Shown one piece after another: positions 9,759 to 20,071 of a stretch of DNA of 64,000 nt. The first letter of the stretch is position 1. Each line of letters starts with the position of its first letter. The stretch is from a virus. The notes below the pieces were generated by a model that searched no databases, was not told the origin of the DNA, and saw nothing but the letters and a program-made list of their open reading frames with translations. Made by a program: the position numbers and the translations under genes. The stretch is from the IMG/VR virus record IMGVR_UViG_3300003324_000465, positions 32,001 to 96,000 of that record; one strand, written 5' to 3'.

Positions 9759-9965
9759 TTTATAGGTTACTTTCATTTCTTTGTATTTAACGTAATCTGA
9801 AAGCTGAAGCCATGCTCCACATTTTGGGCAGATGTGATTAGAATACATTTCACCACTAAAATCAGCTTTCATTTCTTCTTCTGTACCTTTCCATCCACAT
9901 TCTACATGTCGATATGTATAAGGTACATTTTTAAATATATCATCAAAACGTGGATTATTATACAT
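9744..9965 (-). CDS. Small zinc-ribbon protein
   Basis: HVECGWKG...CPKCG. Confidence 0.6.
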   Translation of the reverse strand: MYNNPRFDDIFKNVPYTYRHVECGWKGTEEEMKADFSGEMYSNHICPKCGAWLQLSDYVKYKEMKVTYKPKCP

Positions 9966-9968
9966 AGT

Positions 9969-10697
9969 CTACCTATATACTCCATATTGTAATAATTGCT
10001 CTAATAAATCGCCGCGACTATTTAATAACTGTAAAAGTAATGTATCGTTTACATTCTTCTGCTCTATATCTTCTAACGCTTGCATAACAATTGGAAATTC
10101 TTGCTTCATTATCTGCTTTATTGCTAGTGCAATATCTCTATGTTCTTTTTGTACATCTTCCTTCGTACGCAATTGTATATAGTGAATCCACGAACGCAAT
10201 GTACCTGACATATATAATGTCGTTTGTGTAGTTAATGGAAGTATCATGCGTGCTACTTCTCTTGCTACACCAGCGTTAATAAGGTGTTTATATGTTATAA
10301 TAGCACGTTTTATTGATAAATCAACAAGTGTACTAGCATTTTCTGTTTCTGTATCATTAATCGGTATAAGCGGGTCAAATACATCTGTACTTGATTGTCT
10401 ATTTTTAACTGCCTGCTTGCGTAGTTCAATGGGCTCAAATTCTGTTACTTCTTTATACCGTTGACTTAGCTCCTGAAAAGTGAAACTACGATGCCTGAGC
10501 AATTGAGCCGATATAGCACGACTAGTCTTAATTTGAACGGTCATGTGTGCATGCTCAAATGGACTAAAATGAGCATTACGTAATAAATAACTAATAAGTC
10601 TTGTATCTTGACTATTTTGGTTATTTGACGATACTCTAGCGATATATAAAATCATTTTTTCTGCATTTGGAGTAACAGATACTAAATTAACTTCCAT
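9969..10697 (-). CDS. thyX: Flavin-dependent thymidylate synthase
   Basis: HFSPFEH and RHRSFTFQELSQRY (RHRx7S) motifs; GTLRSWIHY. Confidence 0.95.
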   Translation of the reverse strand: MEVNLVSVTPNAEKMILYIARVSSNNQNSQDTRLISYLLRNAHFSPFEHAHMTVQIKTSRAISAQLLRHRSFTFQELSQRYKEVTEFEPIELRKQAVKNRQSSTDVFDPLIPINDTETENASTLVDLSIKRAIITYKHLINAGVAREVARMILPLTTQTTLYMSGTLRSWIHYIQLRTKEDVQKEHRDIALAIKQIMKQEFPIVMQALEDIEQKNVNDTLLLQLLNSRGDLLEQLLQYGVYR

Positions 10698-11262
10698 TTG
10701 TATTATCCTTATTGTTATATAAATACAATCTCTTAGACCAGTCCATAAATTCTTTTACACTATTTTCGCCTTTAGCGCGATTGCACATCCAGCAGCATGT
10801 AACTGTATTATCAATGGTATAGCCCTTTGAGGAGTCTATTCGATCAACACCGTTATATAGAAAAGTTCCTGAATTTTTTGCTTTATATACATTATATTCA
10901 TGCAACGGTTCTATGCCACAATAATAACAAGGTTGTATAATTAAATTTCTAAATTGTTCTTCATTTAAGCTAAATTCTTGTTTCCTATTATTAGCTCTTG
11001 CTTTATATCCACGATAAATATGATTAAACGCTGCTACACCGTCTGGTTTACGATTGCGTGTAGAGGCATTTTTAGCAGCTATTTCTTTAAGATAACAGCC
11101 ACAACTAACAACATGACCACTAGTAACATTTATCGTTAATATTTCTTTTTCAATACCACATTCACAACGCCACATATGTTTAGAGCGTTTACTGTCCTCT
11201 ATCAACTTCACAGCCGTTAAACGTCCAAACCTTTTACCTGTTAAGTCTTGTCTTTTCTTCAT
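10687..11262 (-). CDS. Free-standing HNH-type homing endonuclease
   Basis: DLTGKRFGRL/WRCECG/SCGC N-terminal module; CYYCG...NGVDRIDSSKGYTIDNTVTCCWMCNRAK. Confidence 0.85.
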   Translation of the reverse strand: MKKRQDLTGKRFGRLTAVKLIEDSKRSKHMWRCECGIEKEILTINVTSGHVVSCGCYLKEIAAKNASTRNRKPDGVAAFNHIYRGYKARANNRKQEFSLNEEQFRNLIIQPCYYCGIEPLHEYNVYKAKNSGTFLYNGVDRIDSSKGYTIDNTVTCCWMCNRAKGENSVKEFMDWSKRLYLYNNKDNTNGS

Positions 11263-11325
11263 ATAACATACCTCTAATTATAATGATAAATATAACCAGA
11301 AGTATACTACATAATATTTTAGTTG

Positions 11326-11586
11326 TCAACTATCTGTATTATCATCTATCCTTTCAAACGACAACCATTGTCCAGCCGCAAATGCTATTATAATTCCCTT
11401 ATCATCATTAAAACTAAGTATACCATTATCACGAATAAATCCACTATATGCAAATATAGTAATTGTTGTTACTACCGGGCCAATATTTGCATCATATGGT
11501 TTGTATAACGGCATACTTTGATATTCCGGCGCAACATTCGCTACGTCCTCTTGATTTACACGTACTAAGACATCATATCTATTCAT
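11326..11586 (-). CDS. Hypothetical protein
   Basis: ORF coupled to the methyltransferase gene. Confidence 0.6.
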   Translation of the reverse strand: MNRYDVLVRVNQEDVANVAPEYQSMPLYKPYDANIGPVVTTITIFAYSGFIRDNGILSFNDDKGIIIAFAAGQWLSFERIDDNTDS

Positions 11587-12310
11587 TATTTCCTTTATCC
11601 TTTCTTGCTTTTTCTATACGTTGTTTTGCTATTTCAAAATATCCTGCGTCTTTTTCTATTCCTATAAAATGCCGCCCCGTATTTATAGCTGCTATACCAG
11701 TTGTACCACTTCCCATAACAGGATCAAGTACAATATCGCCAGGATTTGTATAGGTACTTATCAAGTATTCTAAAAGCGGTATTGGTTTCTGTGTAGGATG
11801 TACTTTACCAACTTGGCATGCATTACTTATGTTAAGAATATTTTTAGGGAAATAAAAATTGTTTGCAGTTTTAGACGGTACTAAGCCATTATAGTTATCA
11901 GATGCACTACCGCCACCTTTAGTACGTACTTTATCGCGAACTTCCATTATAGGATAATATGCACATTGCGATGTACCAAATACAAGAATATCTTCTGTAA
12001 TTTGAAATGGGCGATATTTCGCATTAGCGAATCCAGCACTATTATTTTTATTCCATATCCATTTATATTTATACATTGTAGGATTGCTTGCATAAAGCAT
12101 ATATTCAAACCCACTATTAGCAGTAAATATATATGGTGTGTGATTTTTACCCAGTCTTAATAATAGCGACCATAGTATATCAAATGGTATTATTATATCC
12201 CATTTATTTGCAGTTTTTCCATATGGCAGATCAGCGAATATCATATCCGCTATGTTTTCTGGTAATGTAGATAATATTTCTAGCGCATCTCCATTATATA
12301 GTTTGATCAA
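11579..12310 (-). CDS. Orphan N6-adenine/N4-cytosine DNA methyltransferase (beta class)
   Basis: DLPYG catalytic motif, HPTQKP, DPVMGSGTTG SAM-binding motif. Confidence 0.9.
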   Translation of the reverse strand: MIKLYNGDALEILSTLPENIADMIFADLPYGKTANKWDIIIPFDILWSLLLRLGKNHTPYIFTANSGFEYMLYASNPTMYKYKWIWNKNNSAGFANAKYRPFQITEDILVFGTSQCAYYPIMEVRDKVRTKGGGSASDNYNGLVPSKTANNFYFPKNILNISNACQVGKVHPTQKPIPLLEYLISTYTNPGDIVLDPVMGSGTTGIAAINTGRHFIGIEKDAGYFEIAKQRIEKARKDKGNNE

Positions 12311-12343
12311 TTAATTATCCTTTTTATAATAATGCGCGGGCAA

Positions 12344-12541
12344 TTATTCCATGTTACGAATATACCATAGATCAAACATTGCCATAAGAACAATGCTTGC
12401 GTATGACACATCTGTTGAAGGCTTCATTATTGCTGCTATACTAAAAATAATAACGTTCGCTATAAACAGTAATATAAATTGACTGAAGATACGCGAGTTA
12501 TGTTCTTCTATTAGTTTATTCATATATCCTTCCATATTCAA
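12344..12541 (-). CDS. Small membrane protein
   Basis: Two hydrophobic segments. Confidence 0.5.
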   Translation of the reverse strand: MNMEGYMNKLIEEHNSRIFSQFILLFIANVIIFSIAAIMKPSTDVSYASIVLMAMFDLWYIRNME

Positions 12542-12875
12542 ATAGAAATTGTTCTAGTTTTTTTATTTTAGCGGGCGTGTATTTATTTTGTATCCGTAGA
12601 ATGAATTGACCATCTGTGTATCCTGTTAATACTTCTAATATAATAAACGCCCGCGTTAATATATTTTGTATTTTTTCAGAGAGAAGCATACAGTGTAATG
12701 CTATTTCTTTTACTGTATATCCTTGTAAATACATGTCTAATATATGTATATCTCTACGTTGCAATAGTCTGTTTCTATATGCTAGTTCAATTGCTTGTGA
12801 TAAATCACTTCTTTCTTCTATTGATAAACGGTTAAGACTGTAATCTAAATATAATTCTTTAACGAGTCCTGCCAT
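12516..12875 (-). CDS. HTH protein (sigma region-4-like)
   Basis: LDMYLQGYTVKEIA helix-turn-helix pattern. Confidence 0.55.
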   Translation of the reverse strand: MAGLVKELYLDYSLNRLSIEERSDLSQAIELAYRNRLLQRRDIHILDMYLQGYTVKEIALHCMLLSEKIQNILTRAFIILEVLTGYTDGQFILRIQNKYTPAKIKKLEQFLFEYGRIYE

Positions 12876-12876
12876 G

Positions 12877-13668
12877 TTAATCTTCTATTATATCCTCTAT
12901 TATATTTACCGGCGCTTTATCTGCATAGCATAGTGAATAAAAAGAACATTCTTTTATACATACATCATCTAACATCCTTCTTGGTGCAGTATTTATATCA
13001 TTCTTAGTATTAATAAGCGCCTTTATTTCTCTTGTTAATTGTTCTAGTTTAAATTCATAATTATGAAATACATTTACTTCTATCAATTTTCCAGTGCGTA
13101 AATGATTCCAATATATTTTCCCCGGCCTATATCCGTTGCTTATTTGAATATATGCCCATGCGTAAATAAGAAACTGAGGATCGTGATCAAGCTTATCTTG
13201 CGCTGGTACTCTATTTGATGATTTGTGATCTGCAAAATCACCTGATATATCTACAATATCAATAACTCCATCCATTAGCGCAATAGGCGTATCTTCATTA
13301 GGAAATGGTAAATTAAAGCGTAATTCTATGCTTGTAGGATTCCATCTATCAAAATCCATTTTCTTTAGCATATCTTTACCGTCTTTTAATGACTTAGCTA
13401 GATATTCTTCACCTTTTATCTGAACGCCTGCTTGCTCCCATTCCGCATATGTATTAAGCATGTATTCTTGAAATGTTAGTGTAGGATTTGCTTTCTCCTT
13501 ATAATACATTTCAATAGCTTTATGTACTCCACTACCTAATAACGATGCAACGGTTTTTTCTTGATCCGGTCTGTCTTCCTTATGTAGTAGATATTTATAA
13601 TAATGTTGTCTTTGGCACGTTCTAAATGTCTTTAATCGGGAAGCACTTATACGTATAAGTTCAGTCAT
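12877..13668 (-). CDS. PD-(D/E)XK exonuclease (Cas4/RecB-like)
   Basis: ISASRLKTFRTC, GSGVH, GVIDIVD...DHKS, QFLIY, C-terminal CxxCxxxxxC. Confidence 0.85.
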   Translation of the reverse strand: MTELIRISASRLKTFRTCQRQHYYKYLLHKEDRPDQEKTVASLLGSGVHKAIEMYYKEKANPTLTFQEYMLNTYAEWEQAGVQIKGEEYLAKSLKDGKDMLKKMDFDRWNPTSIELRFNLPFPNEDTPIALMDGVIDIVDISGDFADHKSSNRVPAQDKLDHDPQFLIYAWAYIQISNGYRPGKIYWNHLRTGKLIEVNVFHNYEFKLEQLTREIKALINTKNDINTAPRRMLDDVCIKECSFYSLCYADKAPVNIIEDIIED

Positions 13669-13723
13669 TAACGACTACCTCTACAATATACTTTTGCTCT
13701 AGGTGTGTTTTTTGGTGTATATA

Positions 13724-14308
13724 TCATAAGTATCCTTTTGTTTGCTCATATTGTAACACATGCTGTACTATTTCATGCGAATAATCTTGTAATAATTCAA
13801 CTCCACGCTCTACTATCTTCTCTACTTGTTGCCAGTTATATGCGCGCAGTATATTTGCCTCTCTATTCCATGGTTGATCAAATACAATACTAATACCTTC
13901 AAATTGTTCATGATTATGCAATCCGTCATCGATTAAAAAATCTCCCTGTACCCAATGTTTTATATGTCCACCAGCTATCATAATTACATTGGGTATATGA
14001 GGAAACATTGTATTTAACCATTGTAAACTTGCTGTAGCGCCATTATGATGCGATATTGCAGTTACAAAAGCTAATTCATATCCTGTATTTATCCATTCTT
14101 GTGTAACTGCGATACTATTTTCAATAACATCCCCGCTAGAATATACAAAAGGATTAGCTAGATATTTATATATATCGTAACTCATCTCCCATGTGGTGAG
14201 CATATCCTTTGTTATTTGATTTTTTGGGTTAGCGGCATTATATAAAGATAGCCATGGTCCATGAAGATCATATACAGTATTGTCTTTATCTATGAGTATA
14301 CGTATCAT
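13724..14308 (-). CDS. 5'(3')-deoxyribonucleotidase (HAD, NT5C-like)
   Basis: IDKDNTV (DxD), FLIDDG, VFDQPWN. Confidence 0.85.
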   Translation of the reverse strand: MIRILIDKDNTVYDLHGPWLSLYNAANPKNQITKDMLTTWEMSYDIYKYLANPFVYSSGDVIENSIAVTQEWINTGYELAFVTAISHHNGATASLQWLNTMFPHIPNVIMIAGGHIKHWVQGDFLIDDGLHNHEQFEGISIVFDQPWNREANILRAYNWQQVEKIVERGVELLQDYSHEIVQHVLQYEQTKGYL

Positions 14309-14580
14309 TATATAACCTTTTTAATAGTTACATTATCACCAGACATTGTTACCCATTCGATCAACTCGTTTGCAACTTCTTCTTGTTCTTCAGGAGATTT
14401 ACATATCAAAGCTACTTGAGGCTCATTCATATTACCTAGAATAAAAACAATATATAAATTGTTCTGTATAAAATGTATTACATCTTCCGCCGTTGTGAAA
14501 TTTCTATATTCCGATTGATTAAATTCGCCTGGATGCGACTCGTTCAGAAACCTATATCCTTCAATTACTAGTATCACCAT
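14308..14580 (-). CDS. Hypothetical protein
   Basis: Coupled ORF. Confidence 0.55.
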   Translation of the reverse strand: MVILVIEGYRFLNESHPGEFNQSEYRNFTTAEDVIHFIQNNLYIVFILGNMNEPQVALICKSPEEQEEVANELIEWVTMSGDNVTIKKVI

Positions 14581-14821
14581 TTTTATTATTTTCCTTTTCT
14601 AATTCAATAGACATTAAAACATGAATATATTCAGCAAGTGTTGTAGATAATACGATAAAACCATCTCTATCATTACCAAATGAAAATACTACATACTGAC
14701 CTAAGTTTTCTTTAGTATTTGTATATTCTATCAACTCTTCCAATGTGTTTATCTCTAAAGGCTCATATAAAAGATCATAGCTACGATTTGCTGTATTAAT
14801 CTTATATACATCAAACTTCAT
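14561..14821 (-). CDS. Hypothetical protein
   Basis: Coupled ORF. Confidence 0.55.
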   Translation of the reverse strand: MKFDVYKINTANRSYDLLYEPLEINTLEELIEYTNTKENLGQYVVFSFGNDRDGFIVLSTTLAEYIHVLMSIELEKENNKNGDTSN

Positions 14822-15213
14822 ATATCACATCCTTTTCCATATATACGAATATCCTTGATTCCATGTTTCTTGGCTCTTTGTATCATATCACACGTACCTA
14901 TAGATTGTGGTAATGGGAATGCTAATACAACGTCAATATGATGTTCTTCATCTAATATTTGTTGATTCCTTATTGGTCCTGCACTATTACCATATATATC
15001 CCATTGCGCACCATAAGGTTTAATAGCAGCTATACGTAGCTGTCGTGCTACAAATGCTGCTATTTTATCTGCACCACGTTGATCACCATGTACTAGACGT
15101 ATTTTATTTAATGGTTTATCTTTTATTACATCTAATATCGCGGCGCGTATTATTTTGGCATCGCGCCAGTTTCTTGACCCCGTTACAAGGATAGTATATA
15201 CATTTATATCCAT
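14818..15213 (-). CDS. SLOG-family (DUF2493/YspA-like) protein
   Basis: LVTGSRNW, VHGD.RGAD, AGPIRNQQ, GTCDMI. Confidence 0.85.
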   Translation of the reverse strand: MDINVYTILVTGSRNWRDAKIIRAAILDVIKDKPLNKIRLVHGDQRGADKIAAFVARQLRIAAIKPYGAQWDIYGNSAGPIRNQQILDEEHHIDVVLAFPLPQSIGTCDMIQRAKKHGIKDIRIYGKGCDI

Positions 15214-15229
15214 ACAATATGTATCCTTT

Positions 15230-15451
15230 TCACGAAAAAGGGATCTTTATAAGAAATTCTTTTGTACATGCCTCACAGCAATAAAGAAATCCATGATGGA
15301 ACATATTATTACATGCTTCATACCGTTCATCCTCAGTTAATATCGCCCCGCATTTATCACATATGCCTGTATCCCATGATGCTCTACCAAATGCATAAAC
15401 GCTATCTATAAACTTTCTTATATGCTTTATGTTAACACTAGCCATATACAT
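15230..15451 (-). CDS. Small zinc-finger protein
   Basis: CDKCG...CEAC. Confidence 0.55.
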   Translation of the reverse strand: MYMASVNIKHIRKFIDSVYAFGRASWDTGICDKCGAILTEDERYEACNNMFHHGFLYCCEACTKEFLIKIPFS

Positions 15452-15461
15452 ATAACTCCTG

Positions 15462-15695
15462 CTACAATTCTCTTATATGAGCTGATAATATTTTTAATGC
15501 TTGTACTATATTACCCGGTATATCTCCTTCTAATTGCTTACTTACTTCAGATACATAGTCACCAGCGGTATTCATACATGCTTTACGTAAATCAGTCAAT
15601 CTTTCCGCTATATAATTTGTACCATCAAACACATTCATAGTCATAACATTCTGATACATAGCAAAAGCTAATCGTTGTAATGCCTTATCATCCAT
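15462..15695 (-). CDS. Hypothetical protein
   Basis: ORF with RBS. Confidence 0.6.
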   Translation of the reverse strand: MDDKALQRLAFAMYQNVMTMNVFDGTNYIAERLTDLRKACMNTAGDYVSEVSKQLEGDIPGNIVQALKILSAHIREL

Positions 15696-15709
15696 TATAC
15701 GATCCTTTC

Positions 15710-16075
15710 TTACAATTCATATTGTAATTTCATACGATATATTGCAGATGTAAACATGGTTTTTCGATATTCTAGTAATTTTAATTGCATTTCTGCTTCT
15801 GCTAATTGCGCTTGTATTTCTAATAAATCCCCGCGCAATGCATTAGTAGCTTGTAATTTAGCTTTCTTCGTTTCATTACTACGCGGTCTATCCATCTCTA
15901 TCGTAATTGCATCTTCAGCATCGGCTATATCACGCTTCTTTCGTATTTCTTGAGCCTTTAATTTACCTACTAGCTCATACGCATTAGATACGTCAAAAAA
16001 ATCAGGTATTTTATTAAGCCATGGATCAAGATGTTTTTTGAGTATTTCATCTGCTGTTAATGTATCACCAAACAT
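15710..16075 (-). CDS. Coiled-coil protein (possible recombination mediator)
   Basis: Helical protein downstream of recA; function inferred from position only. Confidence 0.5.
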   Translation of the reverse strand: MFGDTLTADEILKKHLDPWLNKIPDFFDVSNAYELVGKLKAQEIRKKRDIADAEDAITIEMDRPRSNETKKAKLQATNALRGDLLEIQAQLAEAEMQLKLLEYRKTMFTSAIYRMKLQYEL

Positions 16076-16078
16076 ATG

Positions 16079-16510
16079 CTATACCTTCTTACCACTATCA
16101 TATCCTGCTTTAAATGCCTTTGCTTCCTTTGTATTAAATCTATTATCGTTTTTATCAATAGTATACCGATGTAATGATTGTGATGCTAATTTCTTTTTCC
16201 ATGCAATATAATCTAAATATGCTCCTTTCCAATCCTCCATATAATATTCCCGCGCAATATAAGGGAAAAGCGATTCAAGTAATCCGTAAAGATGAATACT
16301 ATCTTCCTTTAATTCATATGCTTTTGGTTTGAATACTATTTCTGTGTCATCTAGAAGATGTATTTTTACAGATGTGTGTAATTTTCCCGCTACTGAATTG
16401 GACCATGAAAAATCTGTGTATGTATCCCTATAAGCTTCTAATTCCCATACTATTGCATTGACTGGCTGCTTATCTATATACAGTTGTTTTTGATTATGTT
16501 GCTTCGCCAT
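16079..16510 (-). CDS. Hypothetical protein
   Basis: Coupled to recA. Confidence 0.6.
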   Translation of the reverse strand: MAKQHNQKQLYIDKQPVNAIVWELEAYRDTYTDFSWSNSVAGKLHTSVKIHLLDDTEIVFKPKAYELKEDSIHLYGLLESLFPYIAREYYMEDWKGAYLDYIAWKKKLASQSLHRYTIDKNDNRFNTKEAKAFKAGYDSGKKV

Positions 16511-17501
16511 TATTCCATATCTCCATTACTCTATCCTTAATCTCCTCAATAGGAAAGGTATCAATAGCTTTCTTCATACCTTGAGCCTTCATATCTTTAT
16601 ATTCTATCCATGTTGTACCAGTAATGATACCAGCGTCCTGTGCTAGTGTCAATATATGCCGGGCTATATCCGGCCCTTGTCCAAAAACAATATCAAATTC
16701 TGTCTGTTTTGCTTCTGGCCCAAACTTAGTTTTTTCAATAAATGCTTTTATTGTAGTACGTGTCTCTGTGTTCTTTGTTCGTTCTAGTGCAATGGTTGCT
16801 TTTATCCAGTTTTGAATACTCATAGCACCATAGGGTTTAAGCTCTTTAATAGCCATGGGTGATATGTTTTTGCGCCATTGGTTAATCACAATGAGTAAAG
16901 CATTAGCAATATCCGTAAGTGCAAGAGATCGTTTTAAAAAACGCTGAATTGCTTTTGCTTCCGCGCCAATTTTTTCATTATCCATGTTTGATTTATCTTC
17001 TTCGGATTGTGCTACTACGCCTGCTATACTATCTACAATGATAAATTGTAATCCTTCTGCTAGTAATGCTTCTGCGAAGTCAAAAGACTGTTCGGCATAT
17101 TCTGTTTCGATCAGTAATAACTTATCTATATCTACACCTAACTTTTGCGCATATACGGGATCGAAACTGCGTTCAAAATCTATATAAGCTGCATTTATTA
17201 TGCGCGTCTCTTTTTTATTTATAGGTATTTCTATTTCTTTAATACCTGACTTCTGTGCATTAGCTAGATAATCAAGTGCTATCGTTGTTTTGCCACGTTT
17301 TTCTTTTGCTATTAGTTGTACTATACTTCCGCCAGGAATACCTTTACCTTTATTATCTGCTATTGCGTAATTCAAACCAATTAAGCTACTAGGAAAATAA
17401 TGTCTTTCTTTTTGTTCATTACCTAAGCGGATATAATCATTATTCTCTAATAATAGTTTAGCTAATGTCTGTTTATTTGCCATTTTTGATCCTTTTATCA
17501 A
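16494..17501 (-). CDS. recA: RecA/UvsX-like recombinase
   Basis: GIPGGSIVQL..KRGKTT (Walker A), YIDFERSFDPVYAQKLGVD, IVDSIA, INQWR. Confidence 0.9.
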   Translation of the reverse strand: MIKGSKMANKQTLAKLLLENNDYIRLGNEQKERHYFPSSLIGLNYAIADNKGKGIPGGSIVQLIAKEKRGKTTIALDYLANAQKSGIKEIEIPINKKETRIINAAYIDFERSFDPVYAQKLGVDIDKLLLIETEYAEQSFDFAEALLAEGLQFIIVDSIAGVVAQSEEDKSNMDNEKIGAEAKAIQRFLKRSLALTDIANALLIVINQWRKNISPMAIKELKPYGAMSIQNWIKATIALERTKNTETRTTIKAFIEKTKFGPEAKQTEFDIVFGQGPDIARHILTLAQDAGIITGTTWIEYKDMKAQGMKKAIDTFPIEEIKDRVMEIWNNGEAT

Positions 17502-17701
17502 GATTAAACAATAATATAATAAATACTAAAAATAAATAGCCCGATCCACAGAGTCCAGCTATACTTAAGATACTTATTATAAACATCATTAAAAGGTTAA
17601 AAAAAAACATTATTTATTTTTCCTTTGTAGTATCCAATGAATAATAGCCGCGCAGATTATGAGTGCTATCATTGCATATTCCGGTTTCATAACAAAAGCT
17701 C

Positions 17702-19717
17702 CTATTTATCATATCTGCGTGAAATTTTAGGACTAACCGATAATCCTTCATACTTGCCTATATCATTAGCTACCAAAGGTAATGTCTCAGAAATAGCCTG
17801 TTCCATACTTTGTTTTATAATACATGTTGCTTCACGTAAATATTCTCTCGTGGATTCTACTACAATCTCGTCATGAACAGGAATGATCATACGTGCTTGT
17901 GAACGATCAAGACGTTCCCATATCAATTCGATTGCGCGTTTTGTCATTGTAGCCGATGTAGCTTGGATAGGCATATTCATTGCTTCGCGCATTGCTGCTA
18001 GTTTACGCCATTTATCGCTACGAACTTCATTAAGATTCCATTGACGCCTTCTTCCCCAAACATCCGTTACATATCCTTCAAGAATAGCTTTATCAGCATT
18101 TCCATGGAGATATGCCTTTGTTTGTGGAAATAGTTTAAACCATTCCTCTATAAGCGCATCACCTTCTTGCTGAGTAATTCTAAATCCTTCTGATGCAAGC
18201 ATGATATTCATTGTTTCCGCAATATTCCGTCCCGTAGTACCATATGCAATACCATAGGATAACACTTTTGCAGCATCTCTCCATAGATTATAAGGATGCT
18301 TCTTTTTATTGCGCGCATTTATTTCTTTGTTATGCAATACTTCTTGCGTTACATACGTATGCACATCTCCACGCAAAATTTGATCCATGAGATGAGTATC
18401 ACCGCTGTTAACTGCTAAAATAACAAGCTCAATACCACTATAGTCAGATATAATCAGTCTACGCCCTTCCGGTGCTTCAATTGCCTTACGTAAAGAATAT
18501 TCGCCTAATCCTAACAGCTTTAGCTTTTTATCACTGGGTAGATTCTGTAAATTAGGCTGTGTACTACTATATCTACCTGTAGCAGCAGCACCGTAAGTGT
18601 TAAGATTACAATGTACTCTGTTTGTTGTTGTGTTAATTGCTTCAATGATACCCACTACATACGTTGAAAACAATTTGCGCGCACCCTTTAGAAAAGTAAG
18701 CGCACGTAATATTTTATTGTCTAACAATAAATAAATATCCAGAGCATCCGCTACATCTTCGTCTTCTATAAGATCATGGTAATCAATTTCCCATTTTTTA
18801 ATCTTGTGCTTCTTGTAAAGTTGCTGCATATCCCAGCGTTGTACTTTTTTCGCACTCAGAGATGGAACGTCAATACCAATTTTATGTAACGCTTCAAGTA
18901 CCTGATCACGAGAATCACTGTTTAGCGCGTAATAGCCCTCTTTTGTGAATGTGATTCGATCTGCCGCTCCATACTCAATAAATAAATCCTGTACTGCTTT
19001 GTCTGCTGTACGAATGAAACGCTCGAATGGGGCTATTAACTGTTCTAGTACATTACGATTAAAGTATACACCTGTATATTCCATCATTGCAGTAGGAGCT
19101 AGTATATTCATTTCAAGTCGATATATACGCTCTAGCTGTAATTCATGGACTATCTTCATTTGCTGTTCCATAATAAGTACAGGATATACTGCATCCATCG
19201 CAGAGTATTCTAACTGTTCTTTGCTAAATACTGTATCTGGAGTCCATTCAGTAAATGATAAGCGTATTTCTTTCTCAACATCTATTTGCAAATAACGATA
19301 AATTAAATCCTTTAATCCATAACGTAACTTTTCATTATCAATAAACTGCAATCCTGCGTTAATCATACGATCAACAATCATTGTATCATGAATATTTACC
19401 ATTTCAATACGATTACCCTTTGAGGCATGATACAATATTTTATATTCTATTGTTGAGTTATGCGCTACTTTTACAACGGCAGGATTTTCTAATAAAGGCT
19501 TTAATACATTTAATACACGTTTTACTGATAATTGTGTTACATCTACCACATATGCTGTCTTACCATCATACAATGATATAAGTAGTAATGTAGCATCATG
19601 TATTGCTAATGTAGTAAACTCAGTATCAATGCCGATAATAGTTGCGTGCGCTATATTTGAGATCATATGCTGTAATTGAGCTTCAGTAGAAACTATCTCA
19701 ATATCTGGTTGAATCAT
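17702..19717 (-). CDS. polA: Family A DNA polymerase with 3'-5' exonuclease domain
   Basis: DTEF (ExoI), TGRYSSTQPNLQN, DYSGIELV (motif A), RDAAKVLSYGIAYG (motif B), VHDEIV (motif C). Confidence 0.95.
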   Translation of the reverse strand: MIQPDIEIVSTEAQLQHMISNIAHATIIGIDTEFTTLAIHDATLLLISLYDGKTAYVVDVTQLSVKRVLNVLKPLLENPAVVKVAHNSTIEYKILYHASKGNRIEMVNIHDTMIVDRMINAGLQFIDNEKLRYGLKDLIYRYLQIDVEKEIRLSFTEWTPDTVFSKEQLEYSAMDAVYPVLIMEQQMKIVHELQLERIYRLEMNILAPTAMMEYTGVYFNRNVLEQLIAPFERFIRTADKAVQDLFIEYGAADRITFTKEGYYALNSDSRDQVLEALHKIGIDVPSLSAKKVQRWDMQQLYKKHKIKKWEIDYHDLIEDEDVADALDIYLLLDNKILRALTFLKGARKLFSTYVVGIIEAINTTTNRVHCNLNTYGAAATGRYSSTQPNLQNLPSDKKLKLLGLGEYSLRKAIEAPEGRRLIISDYSGIELVILAVNSGDTHLMDQILRGDVHTYVTQEVLHNKEINARNKKKHPYNLWRDAAKVLSYGIAYGTTGRNIAETMNIMLASEGFRITQQEGDALIEEWFKLFPQTKAYLHGNADKAILEGYVTDVWGRRRQWNLNEVRSDKWRKLAAMREAMNMPIQATSATMTKRAIELIWERLDRSQARMIIPVHDEIVVESTREYLREATCIIKQSMEQAISETLPLVANDIGKYEGLSVSPKISRRYDK

Positions 19718-19729
19718 ATAACGCTCCTG

Positions 19730-20071
19730 TTATTCTACTGCTTTTATCCTTACTATTGTTTCACCTATTGTTAATTGAAACCCGCCTACAACAGCAGCTA
19801 TCTGCGTATCTTCCATAATAAATAATAATTCGCCAGCATCAGTATAGATCATGAACGCATTAGGAGTATAATAAGAACCTTCTGTGTTTTGACGCTTTTC
19901 TATAGGCGGTTTAATTTTAGACGTTTTTATTAGCTCAATATTATGTATTGTAATAGGAAAGCAAAATTTATCAAATTGTAACAGCATCGATTTATATATC
20001 CATGGTTCTATTACTTTAGCATATATTTCATATGATGTTTGCAATAGTTGCTTTTTTGTAGGCGGCTTCAT
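19730..20071 (-). CDS. Hypothetical protein
   Basis: Coupled ORF. Confidence 0.6.
   Translation of the reverse strand: MKPPTKKQLLQTSYEIYAKVIEPWIYKSMLLQFDKFCFPITIHNIELIKTSKIKPPIEKRQNTEGSYYTPNAFMIYTDAGELLFIMEDTQIAAVVGGFQLTIGETIVRIKAVE

Noticed and set aside
11579-12310. Restriction-modification system
   Set aside because: No cognate restriction enzyme adjacent; the nearby HNH protein has homing-endonuclease architecture.
12877-13668. Cas4 / CRISPR adaptation gene
   Set aside because: Stand-alone PD-(D/E)XK exonuclease in the replication module, common in phages; no cas1/cas2 or array.
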